Notes: generated by a model from the letters alone, not told the origin. A DNA stretch of 45,088 nucleotides from Octopus bimaculoides (GCF_001194135.2 NC_068991.1:3873392-3918479); one strand, 5' to 3'. Positions 27,579 through 39,690 are shown, counted from the first letter of the stretch. Numbers and translations are program-made.

Positions 27579-28449
27579 AATAATAATAACAATGATAATG
27601 ATGATGATAATAATAATTCATGTCAAAATTAGTTCCACTATTGAGTAAGAATTGTGATTATCTCCTTATCAGTGTTGCCTACATAGAGCGGAATAGCGGA
27701 ATAGCGGGATACTGGTGTTTCGAGTCCACAAAATGTGTTAAATTAAGCGTGACGCTTCCTTTTCTTTCTTCATCGAATTCTCACTGGACGATAACGAATG
27801 CTAACTGACCTAATCATTACATCAATGCTTAGAATCAAAGCTGAGTGCCATTATTAATAACGGTTAGCATCGTTTAACTACCAAGAAATTGCCACCGTTT
27901 ATGTGTTACGTATTAAAGGCGAGTGTTGGAGAGGGTGGCCTGTGTTGGTGTGGGTGGTGTCGGCACGAGTGTCTGTGTCTGTGTGAGTTTCGTAAGCTTG
28001 CCAAATGTGCTGTGTGTAAGAATGTGTACATAAGTATATACATATATACACACACATATACACATATACACATATACACGCACATATATATGTATATGTA
28101 TATATGTTTTTATTTCTATAAGTATATATATATAAGTATATATATTATTTTATTCTTGTTTCAGTTATATATATATATATATATATTTGNNNNNNNNNNN
28201 NNNNNNNNNNNNNNNNNNNNNNNNNNNNNNNNNNNNNNNNNNNNNNNNNNNNNNNNNNNNNNNNNNNNNNNNNNNNNNNNNNNNNNNNNNNNNNNNNNNN
28301 NNNNNNNNNNNNNNNNNNNNNNNNNNNNNNNNNNNNNNNNNNNNNNGTAAGCTTGCCAAATGTGCTGTGTGTAAGAATGTGTACATAAGTATATACATAT
28401 ATACACACACACATATATGTATGGGACGAATTAAACTCGTGCTGTGAGG

Positions 28450-28795
28450 TATTACTGTACGTGGAAGGCAATACGTATTTCAGCAGACTCACGTATTTCA
28501 AAAGACTCACGTAAGCCAAGAATGGAAATGGTTAGCAGATAAGTTTTACATTCATGTAGCACCAAAATTGTGGTCGCCATACTCGCCAGATTTAAATCAC
28601 GTGGACAGTTAACATTTGAAGCGTTGTTAAAAGGGAAACTAGTAGACAATCTCAAAAGACTATAGCTTCACTGAAGGTCGCAGTTGCCCTCGTGATATCC
28701 AAATTGAATAAGGAACGTTTAATGCAGGGGTGTCAAGGATTCCAGTCGTGAATCGAAGCAGTCATCACAACTGAAGGCGATGCACAGAATAATCT
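28450..28795 (+). mobile_element. Tc1/mariner transposase C-terminal remnant (DD37D/maT-like), disabled
   Basis: Broken translation QYVFQQ...KLWSPYSPDLNHVD...VVKRETSRQSQKTIASLKVAVALVISKLNKERLMQGCQGFQS*IEAVITTEGD contains the WPPxSPDLNPxD motif. Confidence 0.85.
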
Positions 28796-29779
28796 TATAA
28801 GAAAGCATTTCGAGATGTGCTCACATCTCGATAAGCTTTCAATACGTTTGGTTTTTGCTCGATTAGCGTTGGAACAAGCTTTGTGTGTGTGTGGGTGTGT
28901 GTGTGTGGGTGTGTGTCTGTGTGTGTGTGTGTGTGTGTGTATGCTTATGTGTGTGAAAAACACCAATATAGAAGAATATTTGTGTATTAGACACACAACA
29001 TGGAAGCCACAACATGGACGCCATGGACGCAATTGTAAATGACAGAATAAAGCAGTCTGCGGATCACTTGATGCACCGACATCGCTTAATTATTATATTT
29101 GACGAAATAAACAATCAAATCCTCGCTCTGATGACAACGACTGTGATGATCCGTTACAGTAATAGTTACAACATTTCATTTAACATCTGAATTGAGATTC
29201 AATTCCATTCTTTCTATATTTATAACATTTGAATTAATTATATCCAATATATCATGAGTCGTGTCATATCCCTTATTCAAAATTCTATTCATTATTTATT
29301 CATTATTTATTTGTTATATTCCCTGCCGTTAATTTTCGTGTAAATATCGTATCAAGGCAGGTCATCTTACGATTCTTGACATCGGTATTAATATATTTAA
29401 TTTTTTATGCGTTAAGTAACGGAGTTATTTCTATAGAAATAACGTAATGGATTCGTGACCAGGTAATTGCTCATTAAGCGAATAAATATTCCTGTCTTTG
29501 TAATATTACTGGAATGGTTAGGTTGGTTTGGCAGGTCAGCAAGTCAGACGGTATTTCAATCTCTTGCACGAAATCATTGTTGGTTTAAATTGCAGAATAT
29601 AATTTACACATGCATTGATGATAATATCACTAAATAAAATTTTATATGAATATATGTGTGCGCGTATGTGTGTATTTCATTATTCAGTTTATTTCAAGAT
29701 TTCTTGTCAATAGAGAAAAAATCGGTTTCTAACCTAGATCCAAGGTTCCTTCATTGGAATTTCAACATCAACAACAGGG

Positions 29780-29813
<34 letters not shown>

Positions 29814-29869
29814 TGTATGTATGTACGTATGCGTGCATGTATGTATGTATGTACGTATGTATGTATCTT

Positions 29870-30060
29870 TTAACTTTTACTCGTTTAACTCATTTGAACT
29901 ACGGCCATACTGGGGCACCACCTTCAATGGCTTTATCCGAATAAATCGACTACCGTGAATTCCTTGTTTTTACGTTTGGTACTTAATTTGTCGGTCACTT
30001 TCATCGAATCGCTACGTTAGAGGGACATAAGTGAACACAGGTTTTCAGGCGGTAGTGGTG
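29870..30060 (-). mobile_element. SINE family B, 3' half
   Basis: CATTTGAACTACGGCCATACTGGGGCACCACCTTCAA...AAATCGAC matches the reverse complement of 30960-31030. Confidence 0.65.
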
Positions 30061-30646
30061 TGCAAACACAAACACAAAGAACCTCCCCCCCACACACACA
30101 TACACACATTCGCACACGTGCACACACACATACACACACGTATATTTACAAAGAAAACGTATGTATGCATCTTCGTTACTCTTTCGATTTAAAATTCAAT
30201 ATTCTAACTCTGCTATGATTTATCTAGATATGATTATATCCCTTACAAAAACTGCCGACAGGTGACACCACTTGAGATCAAAAAGAAAAAGACAATCCAC
30301 TTGATACAACAGACGGGAGAAAACAAATGTCCTCGTTAATTAGCGAATACGCTAAGAGATTTTAAATAATACTTTTCCGCGAGAACGTCTTAAATATTTA
30401 TAAGGACGAAAATTCCAACGGATCTTGTTAAATTTCTTTCAATCACTAGAATCTTTCAAATTTTCACCAGATTTCACCACAGAACCATATAATTCCTCAC
30501 TTGAGGCAGGCCCAAGAGCCTTTCTGCGTGTTGAGTGTTAATAACATTTAAATTAAAGTGAATCTCAACGGATGTAAACCTTTTATCGAATTCACGACCA
30601 TCGGAAATTGAAAACAAAGTTTATACATCAAAATTTGATTACAATT

Positions 30647-31075
30647 GCCGCAGGCAGGACTGCATGGTAAGAAGCTTGCTTCCCAACCACATGGCTCCGG
30701 GTTCAGTCCCACTGCGCGGTACCTTGGGCAACTGTCTTCTACTATAGCTTCGGTCCTACCAAAGGCTTGTGAGTGGATTTGGTAGAAGGAAACCGAAAGG
30801 AGCCCGTCGTATATGTATATATATGTGTATATACAGGTGTGTATGTATCTGCATTGTCCCCTCATCACCGCTTGACAACCGGTGTTGCTGTTTACGTTCC
30901 CGTAACTTAGCGGTTCGGCAAAAAACCCCGATAGAATAAGTACTAGGCTTCAAAAAATTAATAAGTCCTAGGATCGATTTGTTCGACTAAAATCCCTTCA
31001 AGGCGGTGCCCCAGCATGACCGCAGTCAAAAGAGTGAAGCGAGTAGAAGACATAAGCTAAAAGATGAGAAAAGAG
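30647..31075 (+). mobile_element. Full-length SINE family B (tRNA head, microsatellite spacer, 3' body)
   Basis: GGTAAGAAGCTTGCTTCCCAACCACATGG..GGGTTCAGTCCC head, (TA/TG)n spacer, then GCTTGACAACCGG...GATAGAATAAGTACTAGGC. Used as the reference for other copies. Confidence 0.9.
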
Positions 31076-32109
31076 AAATTATATTCGTTATCGATCTGTG
31101 GTTCAGGATTCATGAGTTCGATCAATGATTACATCGGAGATACAATATTTCGTCCGTTCGGTTTGGTTTACAGTTTTCGAGGGCCGTGTTCCTCTTCCAC
31201 ATGAAAAGAAGAAAATACGAAAATTAAGGCTGGAGAAGAAATGCCTGTCGCACGGTGTGTTTCGGGAAAGATGGAAGTCTGCAGCGTGTTGAGAGTGAAA
31301 GAACCTGTTTAAGTAAGAGCATAAAAGGAAAAATAAAGTTTTCAGTGTGAGAACGTGGCTTGTGGGGTCGACCACGACCTCCGCATCGTTTTTGTTAATC
31401 ATCCGTTTTTATTTCATCACTATTTTTTTAGAATTTTCAACGTTCATCCTTCGCTCTGTTACCCTCATTGGATCCCCGACCCCTTGTCTGTTTCTCTGTC
31501 CTTATTTCATCCTTTCTTCATTTAAACTTCAATATGGTGAATAAAGAAAAGAGTTTTCAAAGGCCGCGAGTTCAATAAAAGATTTACATTCGCGAAGATT
31601 GACTCATTCAAGTGTTACTAACAACGCTCAACATCTCGAAAGCATTTGAGCCTGCCTCAGGCGAGCAAATATACGGAGCTGCGGCACAATATTGCGTCCC
31701 ATGTGTTTTTCAGACACTATAAAAGACAAAGGAAGATTTGACTGCCATTTCGAAAGGGGCATGTAGAGGTTTTTGTAGAGATCACCATAAATAACATGCC
31801 GCTAAATGGAGGCTGCCAATTCGCTAAAATTACTTTATTTTAACTGCTTGTGACTGTCTTATTAATTTCTTGAAGGAGTGAATGGGATTTTCGTCATCAG
31901 TATGCTATTACATCAGAACTTTATGTTTTGAAAATAATCTGGTGAGAATTTGAAAAATTTCAAGTGGCTGGAAGAAATTTAACACGATGCATTCCTACTT
32001 TCGGCAGAAAAAAACTTATGAAAACCGGTGTAATGTACAAAAAAGTCGATGTTTACGAAAAAAAAAAAAAGAATTAAAAAAAAAAAAACGAAAATGCCCC
32101 GGGTTGATG

Positions 32110-32205
32110 ATGACAACGACGACGAAGACGATGACAATGATGATGATGATATAACTACTACTACTACTACTACTACTACTACTGCTGCTGCTACTGCCAC
32201 CGCCG

Positions 32206-32279
<74 letters not shown>

Positions 32280-32294
32280 ACCGCCGCCGCCACG

Positions 32295-32334
<40 letters not shown>

Positions 32335-32420
32335 ATAATAATAATAATGATGATGATGATAATGGTGATAGTAATGATAATAAAATGATGATGACGACGA
32401 AGATGATGCTGCAGCAGCGA
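32110..32420. repeat. Compound triplet repeat (GAT)(ACT)(GCT)(AAT)
   Basis: Directly visible. Confidence 0.95.
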
Positions 32421-33064
32421 GATATAAAAAGAATGAAGTTGCCTGATGTTAAAAGAAGAAGAAAAAAAGCATTATTGAAATGTCAGCTATTTTGCTATTT
32501 TTAAAATAGACAAAAAAAAAAAAAGAACTTATTTATTTCATATCTACTGTGATAGGATAAATTTTATATTTTCATTTTCTTTGATGTTCATCTTAAAAAA
32601 AAAAGCAAAATATCCGCAGCCAAAATATAATTATCACGCATCAGAAAGTCGTGCAAATATTTTGGTAAACCACATTAGTAATTGCCAAGGGTTTTGTTGA
32701 CAAGGTCCCGGTAGTAAAAAATCTGTATCTAAAAAAAAGAGAAAACCGCAGTAAAGACCACAATTCAACAACCTCAACTACAACAACAACAATAACATCC
32801 TCACCCAGAAATAACATCAGCGTCAGCAGGAGATTTTTGATCGCCAGCAGCTGAAATTGAAGCTAGATTGTAAAGGTTCCTTCAGACTCGTCGATAGGAG
32901 AACGAATGTTATTCTTCTAGAAGAAAGCTAGCGATAGGATGATAGTCTGACGGGCGTGAGATGAAGAGTTCGAATACTGTTAATGTCACTGTCTTGTAAT
33001 AAGTTTCTTTCTAAGAGAGTATTGTAGTTCGCTGGAAGCATTGTGTATTATTGGTGAAATGCAA

Positions 33065-33346
33065 CGTGTCTGGAATGGTACAACAATGCAGAGTGGACTA
33101 TAATAACCGGTAGAAATAATTTAATTATTCATATTTCGGAATATAAAAATTCCTTCTTCAGAGATGGCTTGGAAGTAAAGGAATCACTGTTATAGTCAGT
33201 TTTCTTCGACTATAACAGTGACTCCGTTATTTCTTAGCAATCTCTGAAGAAGGAATTTTTATATTCCGAAACATTAGACTCAATAATTAAATTATTTCTA
33301 ACAGTTATTATTGTCCATTGTACATTGTTGTGCCGTTCCAGACACG
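33065..33346. repeat. 282-bp fold-back palindrome with a 10-nt spacer
   Basis: Arms 33065-33197 and 33208-33346. The segment 33134-33165 is a perfect 32-bp reverse complement of 33240-33271. Confidence 0.95.
33236..33281 (+). ncRNA. PLE-type minimal hammerhead motif (right arm; an antisense twin lies in the left arm)
   Basis: TCT-CTGAAGA-A-GGAAT-TTTTAT-ATTCC-GAAAC-ATT-AGA. Stem II is 5 bp and stem I is TCT/AGA. Stem III ACAT would be ACGT before CpG decay. Confidence 0.55.
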
Positions 33347-33371
33347 CTACATTTTTCTTTTTAGGAAATTT

Positions 33372-33560
33372 GGCTCAAGGCCAGCTATTTTGATGGGAGG
33401 GGAAACTTATTTACATCGACTCAAGTACTCAACTGGTACTTGTTATATCAGCTCCGAAAAAAAAAATGAAAGGCAAAATTGGCCTCAGTTTGAAATCAGA
33501 ACCGAAAGAAATTCCGTTAAACATTTTGTTTGACTCGCTAACGGTTCAGCCAGTTCCCCA
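33372..33560 (-). mobile_element. SINE family E, diverged
   Basis: TACTCAACTGGTACTT...ATGAAAGGCAAAATTGGCCTC...CGCTAACGGTTCAGCCAGTTC matches the reverse complement of family E. Confidence 0.65.
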
Positions 33561-34744
33561 CATTCTGAGTAGAATTCATTGCCAATACATGCAACTATCA
33601 ATCGAACCCCCCAAAATTCAGGATTACAGCCGCATTGGCGAGCAATTTCGAGCTTTACCAAAATGAGTTGAACTCAGCAGATTGCAGTGAACCACATTTC
33701 ATTAGATCTTTCACTACTTGAAGTATTAAGCTGTGTTGATTTGGTCCGTTAGGTATTGTGGAGTAAACTATGTATTGTGGAGTTCTATGGCAACAGACAC
33801 AGTGTAATGTGAACGAAGGGGTAGGAATTATTTCACTAATTGCTCTCGGTAAGCGATTAAAATCGTCAGCTTTGAAGTTATTAATGTCCAATCACATCAC
33901 AGCGATGTCTTCCCTTTCCCAATCCAGCTTGATTAATGACATTAGCTCCCCAAAGTTTTTTTTTTTTAATAATGAAAACATCCTTAGTCACCTTCCGTCT
34001 AAACATCTATTTCAAACTCAAATATATCAAAACTACAAAAGACATCCGAATTAGAAATGTTTAATCTGCAATATAACAAAATAATGAATTGTAATGACAA
34101 GTCAAAACAAATAAGAATAACCAGAGAAATCTAATCAAATTCCGACTCAGACTTAGCGAAACGTGAACAACTATTGACGCTAGACCTTTAATAAAATCTT
34201 GCTAAAAATCATTACAACAACAACAACAACGACAACAACAATATCGCTATTACAAGGGGAAAAAAACAAAAATAAAATCAGAAAAAAAATATCATCTTTG
34301 CTGTTATAAACACAGACGTATAATAAGCAAAATATCAATTAAGCGTTGGATGGCAGTTCTGAAATTTAAAAGACTCCCAAGAGACAGTGTTTAAATTTAC
34401 AGTCCATTTCAGTGTAATAGATTTTTCGATGCTATCATTCCTCTAAAGAACTAATACTTCGATCTCACCAATGCATCACATAGAGGACATTTCAGATAAA
34501 TTCATCGATGTTGATTTCAAAATCCAAAAGAAAATCACTCGAGACATATCGTTGCCACGTCAACAATCCAATCACCACATCGATAAAAATAATAGGCTTT
34601 TTTTTTCTTTAAAAAATATGCATTACTTCTAAATTCCTGGCTAGTTCTCCATGAAGTTATATTTTAAATGTTAAGAACATCAGTCGATATAGTGTTTATT
34701 TCGTTTAGCTGAATACTCTCTTTACGTCTGTTTCAAGTTTTGGT

Positions 34745-34940
34745 ACAAGACTAATTGTCTGTGGAGGGGCTAAGTCGATTAAATAGATACCAGTGTTCAA
34801 CTGATACTTATTTTAACGATTTTGAAAGGATGAAAAGCAAAGTGGACATCAGCAAAATTTGAACTCAGAACGTAAAGGCGGGCGAAATGATTCTAAGCAT
34901 TTTCCCGGCATGCTAACATTTCTTTTAGCTCGCCGCCTTA
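34745..34940 (-). mobile_element. SINE family E
   Basis: AATTTGAACTCAGAACGTAA...GCATGCTAAC...GCTCGCCGCCTTA is the reverse complement of the family E head. Confidence 0.8.
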
Positions 34941-34992
34941 TATTCTATCTCTAGTGTTTGTCATCCGTTGTTAAATGCTGATTATATTTCAT

Positions 34993-35558
34993 GTGTGATA
35001 AGAAGCTTCCTCCCAACCACATGGGTCCGGGTTTCCTTTCCAACCACCAGTGTGTGTGTGTCTTTCGGTCTATGTTTGCCCTCCCACCCATCACCACTTG
35101 ACAACCGGCGCCGGTGCAAACGGGCGCCGTCGTCGAGGCGCACGCTGCTTCTCGGAGTATCGTTCCCGGGTTGGGTCCGCACGTTCGCGACTGCGTTTCC
35201 GCGCGTCGTCTCGTTCCCGCTCCGACTCAGGTGTAGCAAGCGGCCGGGGACCCGAAAGATGGCGATCCATGCCAGGTCGGAACGAAGCCAGAAGAATCTC
35301 TGGTGGAAGTCCGAAGCACCTCTGACGTGCAAATCGATCGTCGGAACCGGCTGCAGGGGTGAAAGACCAATCGAACCGTCTAGTAGCTGGTTCTCTCCGA
35401 AGGATAGCTAGCGTCAGCGGGAGAACGACACGCAATTCTGTCCGGTAAAGCGAACGACTGGAGGCCCCGAGGACGTTGACGGCCTCGATCTACTCTCGAA
35501 CTCGGAACAGGCGAAACGTGGTGTGTTTACATTCTCATAACTTAGCGATTCGATAAAA
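34993..35558 (+). mobile_element. Internally deleted SINE family B interrupted by a 28S rRNA fragment
   Basis: Head at 34993-35033 and body CCACTTGACAACCGG ending at 35108. The body resumes as TGGTGTGTTTACATTCTCATAACTTAGCGATTCG at 35519-35552, followed by (ATT)n. Confidence 0.75.
35109..35516 (+). pseudogene. 28S rRNA gene fragment (D3 expansion segment to H44), non-functional
   Basis: Conserved LSU blocks GACCCGAAAGATGG (35249), CTCTGGTGGA.GTCCG, CTGACGTGCAAATCG, GAAAGAC.AATCGAACC.TCTAGTAGCTGGTT, CCGGTAAAGCGAA and CTA.TCTC.AACT. The conserved TTTCCCTCAG is deleted at 35402/35403. Confidence 0.95.
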
Positions 35559-35594
<36 letters not shown>

Positions 35595-36700
35595 CATCAT
35601 CATCATCATTATTATCATCATTGTGTAGCACGTTTGAGTCCAAACGCTGCTATATGTACTCTTTCTAACCAAAAGCATTCTATCTACTTCAAGAAATCGG
35701 ACACGGAATGAATGAATTCCTATGTGACGACAGACCATTTATCATATCATTCGTCAAACCATTCCATTTGTAAAACATGAATCCATGTTTGCATTAGTTT
35801 TCGATGACTGAAATTACCAAACGTTCTGTTACATTACACAAGGTCGCATTTTAGTGGCTTTCATCTTGGTTACACTTAGTATTTAATTCCATAAGCAAGC
35901 TAGGTAAGTCATTGATTCCTATGGTTTCTCTTTTATTCTGTTTTAGACTTTTGAAATGCAGCCAATGGTAGCAAAGGCGAAACACTGTATCGTACACAGT
36001 GAGGTTATTGAGTTTTGTTATGTAGCTTCTAAAATTGCATTCAAAGTCAAAACAAAAACGTTATAGAATCCATTTTTTGTTCACAGTTGTATCAACAATA
36101 CAGGTAGGAAAAGTATTAATCTACTTGGCAAAACTTTCACTCTGTATGTGGTTTTCAATTATTCTTTTATGGGAAGTGTTGATAAAGTCAGAATAAATAG
36201 AACTATTCGTTCGCAAAACACTTATTTTCAATTGCTTACAAATCACTTATTTTTTTTTAATATATATATTTTTTTATATAATTTTATTTCCTATATTTTG
36301 TATGTTTTGTTTTCTCTTCTTGTAAAATTCCCCATTTTGAAAAGTTTCTATAGCTATTATTAATCCCCATAATATGATATATAAATGTGGATATATGTTA
36401 AAAACTGTTCTATGAAAATATATGACAAACAACGAGGGACCACGACAGACACATTACTCATAATATAACATGAACCAATATTTTACAAACAAATATCAAC
36501 CAGGAAAAAGATTTGCACAAATATCCATAAATGAACACACGCAAAACAAAGCACCATATAATATATAAATATGATAAACTATAATATAACATAACATCAT
36601 ATAAATATATACAATATAATACAACACAATATAATATGATATAATATATGATATAATATAATATATACACATATATTAATGTATGTATGCGCGTATGCAC

Positions 36701-36750
<50 letters not shown>

Positions 36751-37618
36751 GCTCGTGTGTGTGTTTGTGTGTAAGTGTGGATTTGTGTTTGAGCGTATTC
36801 AGAATGTGCTAACATAAATGTGGACGTTTATACTTTTCTATCACCTAATTCACTGCTTTCTCACTAACTCCAGCAATATCGGACGCTTTTATAAGATGTT
36901 GGTAATAAATCATTTCTATCGTATTCTCACTAAATAATTTTCAGTTAACCCACACTAATACACTAACGGCACAATGTCATCCACCATTATTCCGAATAAG
37001 AGCTACAGGTGTATCTGAAAGCTCAGACCAGATATTGATTTCCTTTAGCATAAGTGAATAAATACATGTATTCAATAGGCATTTTAATCTATTGGTTAGA
37101 TTTTATACGATTTGTTTTGTACAGACAAAAAAAAAAATATCGAGTGGAGGTTTTGATTTTTAGTTATATAACTAGCGTAGCTACCATGAAGTTACATCTG
37201 CTATGTTAAGAGCTTAATTTTTATAGTTGTTTAATATGAAATTTGAACCATGCCGACATGTTAAAATGAAGTGCGATTTCTGACTTGAAAATTGATGAAG
37301 GACAGTGGATTACATGAAATGTTTTCTGATGCTGAAATCAAAATTTCTAGACAACTTATTTATGAACGAGTTGGCTCACTCTTATTCTTAAACTCATGGC
37401 ATATAACGTATTCCAAAGAATTTTTGAGAATATAGTTCTCTGCTCCCTGGAGCGTACTACAGAGTAACTTCTTGTGCTAATATGCAATGACCAGAACAGC
37501 TGGTCTGAGGGACAACGAATGTATTAATCTACTGGATACCGATAAGAAATATAGATACAGGTCTGTTTAACATAACAACATGTTATATGCATACACATAT
37601 GTGTGGGTGTATAAACAT

Positions 37619-37660
<42 letters not shown>

Positions 37661-38820
37661 NNNNNNNNNNNNNNNNNNNNNNNNNNNNNNNNNNNNNNNN
37701 NNNNNNNNNNNNNNNNNNNNNNNNNNNNNNNNNNNNNNNNNNNNNNNNNNNNNNNNNNNNNNNNNNNNNNNNNNNNNNNNNNNNNNNNNNNNNNNNNNNN
37801 NNNNNNNNNNNNNNNNNNNNNNNNNNNNNNNNNNNNNNNNNNNNNNNNNNNNNNNNNNNNNNNNNNNNNNNNNNNNNNNNNNNNNNNNNNNNNNNNNNNN
37901 NNNNNNNNNNNNNNNNNNNNNNNNNNNNNNNNNNNNNNNNNNNNNNNNNNNNNNNNNNNNNNNNNNNNNNNNNNNNNNNNNNNNNNNNNNNNNNNNNNNN
38001 NNNNNNNNNNNNNNNNNNNNNNNNNNNNNNNNNNNNNNNNNNNNNNNNNNNNNNNNNNNNNNNNNNNNNNNNNNNNNNNNNNNNNNNNNNNNNNNNNNNN
38101 NNNNNNNNNNNNNNNNNNNNNNNNNNNNNNNNNNNNNNNNNNNNNNNNNNNNNNNNNNNNNNNNNNNNNNNNNNNNNNNNNNNNNNNNNNNNNNNNNNNN
38201 NNNNNNNNNNNNNNNNNNNNNNNNNNNNNNNNNNNNNNNNNNNNNNNNNNNNNNNNNNNNNNNNNNNNNNNNNNNNNNNNNNNNNNNNNNNNNNNNNNNN
38301 NNNNNNNNNNNNNNNNNNNNNNNNNNNNNNNNNNNNNNNNNNNNNNNNNNNNNNNNNNNNNNNNNNNNNNNNNNNNNNNNNNNNNNNNNNNNNNNNNNNN
38401 NNNNNNNNNNNNNNNNNNNNNNNNNNNNNNNNNNNNNNNNNNNNNNNNNNNNNNNNNNNNNNNNNNNNNNNNNNNNNNNNNNNNNNNNNNNNNNNNNNNN
38501 NNNNNNNNNNNNNNNNNNNNNNNNNNNNNNNNNNNNNNNNNNNNNNNNNNNNNNNNNNNNNNNNNNNNNNNNNNNNNNNNAAACTAGCTCAAAAGCCGCC
38601 TTATGGAGCATGCATACATATTTATCTATCTAGCTATCTCTGTGTCTGTCTGTATGTATGTATCTCTCTCTCTCTATCCATCTCCCTCACCCCCTCTCTC
38701 TCTCACACACACAATGGGATAAAGTTATCAATGAGTCAATGGGATAAAATTGTCTAATTTAAAATTTAAAATTAAAAAAGTTTACAATAATAAATTACGA
38801 AATTAAAATTGATATTATTT

Positions 38821-38972
38821 ACTTTTACTTGTTTCAGTCATTTGACTGCAGCCATGCTGGAGCACTGCTTTTAGTCGAGGAAATCGACCCTAGGATTTAT
38901 TCTTTTTGTAAGCCTAGTACTTATTCTATCGGCCACTTTGCAAACTTCTTACCACACAGCTACTCCTGTGCC
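38821..38972 (-). mobile_element. SINE family B with head fused directly to tail (large internal deletion)
   Basis: Tail ...TACTTATTCTATCGGCCACTTTGC joins AAACTTCTTACCACACAGCTACTCCTGTGCC (the head) at about 38941. Confidence 0.8.
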
Positions 38973-38999
38973 ATATATGTTAAATTCTAAATTAAAATT

Positions 39000-39690
39000 C
39001 AAAACAAGGTTTCAGCTTGTTGAAAGCATATAATGGAGTTTGTTGAACCTGTTGCGTGTTTCACAATCCCATATATATAAAGATGAAGAAATATGGTGTC
39101 CATTAATATTACAATATAGATATCCATATGTTGATAGCAGCGCGACTAAAATGGGTTTGGCGAGGGTCCTATATATTTTCTGTATCACCTCTTTTCACTA
39201 TTACTTTGCAAACAATATATTTGGGTAGAGAAATAGGTTCCATGAGGCATATATTGGTGTTTCTATGGTTAAAATTAATATTGGCCGTATTATTTGGTGC
39301 TATATTGGTTTTGTTTGTGTTTGAAGATACAAGGATATTGCCAAACTTTAGTATAGTTGAATACAAGAATTTTATGCTGCTTTTACTAAAATCTAGCTCA
39401 GCTAACCTGCTTTGCCCGGATGAGGAATATGTAAGATAATTTTCCTGCATCTAAGCGATTTGAAGAAAATTTCTATAGAATTCTTTTTTCATAAAATAAT
39501 TGTTTGAATATATTTTGATTGTGACGCAGATACATCCGTTAACTTAGATTTGTTCTAGGATTCTGTGATGTGTGAAAACTTTGAGAGTGTGTTTCAATAC
39601 TATCTTGTTATTTCTATGCCATATTTTACATGTTTCCCCAGCATTGATAAATTGATATGCATCATATAAAACAGAACCAATACTGAAAGA
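39000..39690 (-). mobile_element. Penelope-like element remnant: linker and GIY-YIG endonuclease, frameshifted
   Basis: Minus-strand pieces IKFLYSTILKFGNILVSSN, ICLMEPISLPKYIVCKVIV, KYIGPSPNPF*SRCYQH and SSSLYIWD resemble the PLE motifs VKxSYSCxxNxxxIIxxHN, IYKAxV, YIGxxxxxFKxRxxxH and LSxYIW. Confidence 0.75.

Noticed and set aside
27987-28412. ~65-bp exact direct repeat (27991 and 28347) flanking a gap
   Set aside because: Most likely an assembly artefact: overlapping contig ends left unmerged across the N run.
34968-35435. Arg-rich ORFs of 91-147 aa on both strands
   Set aside because: Stop-poor frames of the GC-rich 28S rRNA fragment.
35109-35516. Functional rRNA gene or rDNA array
   Set aside because: Only about 400 bp, lacking the conserved H43 segment, flanked by SINE sequence, with no 18S, 5.8S or ITS nearby.
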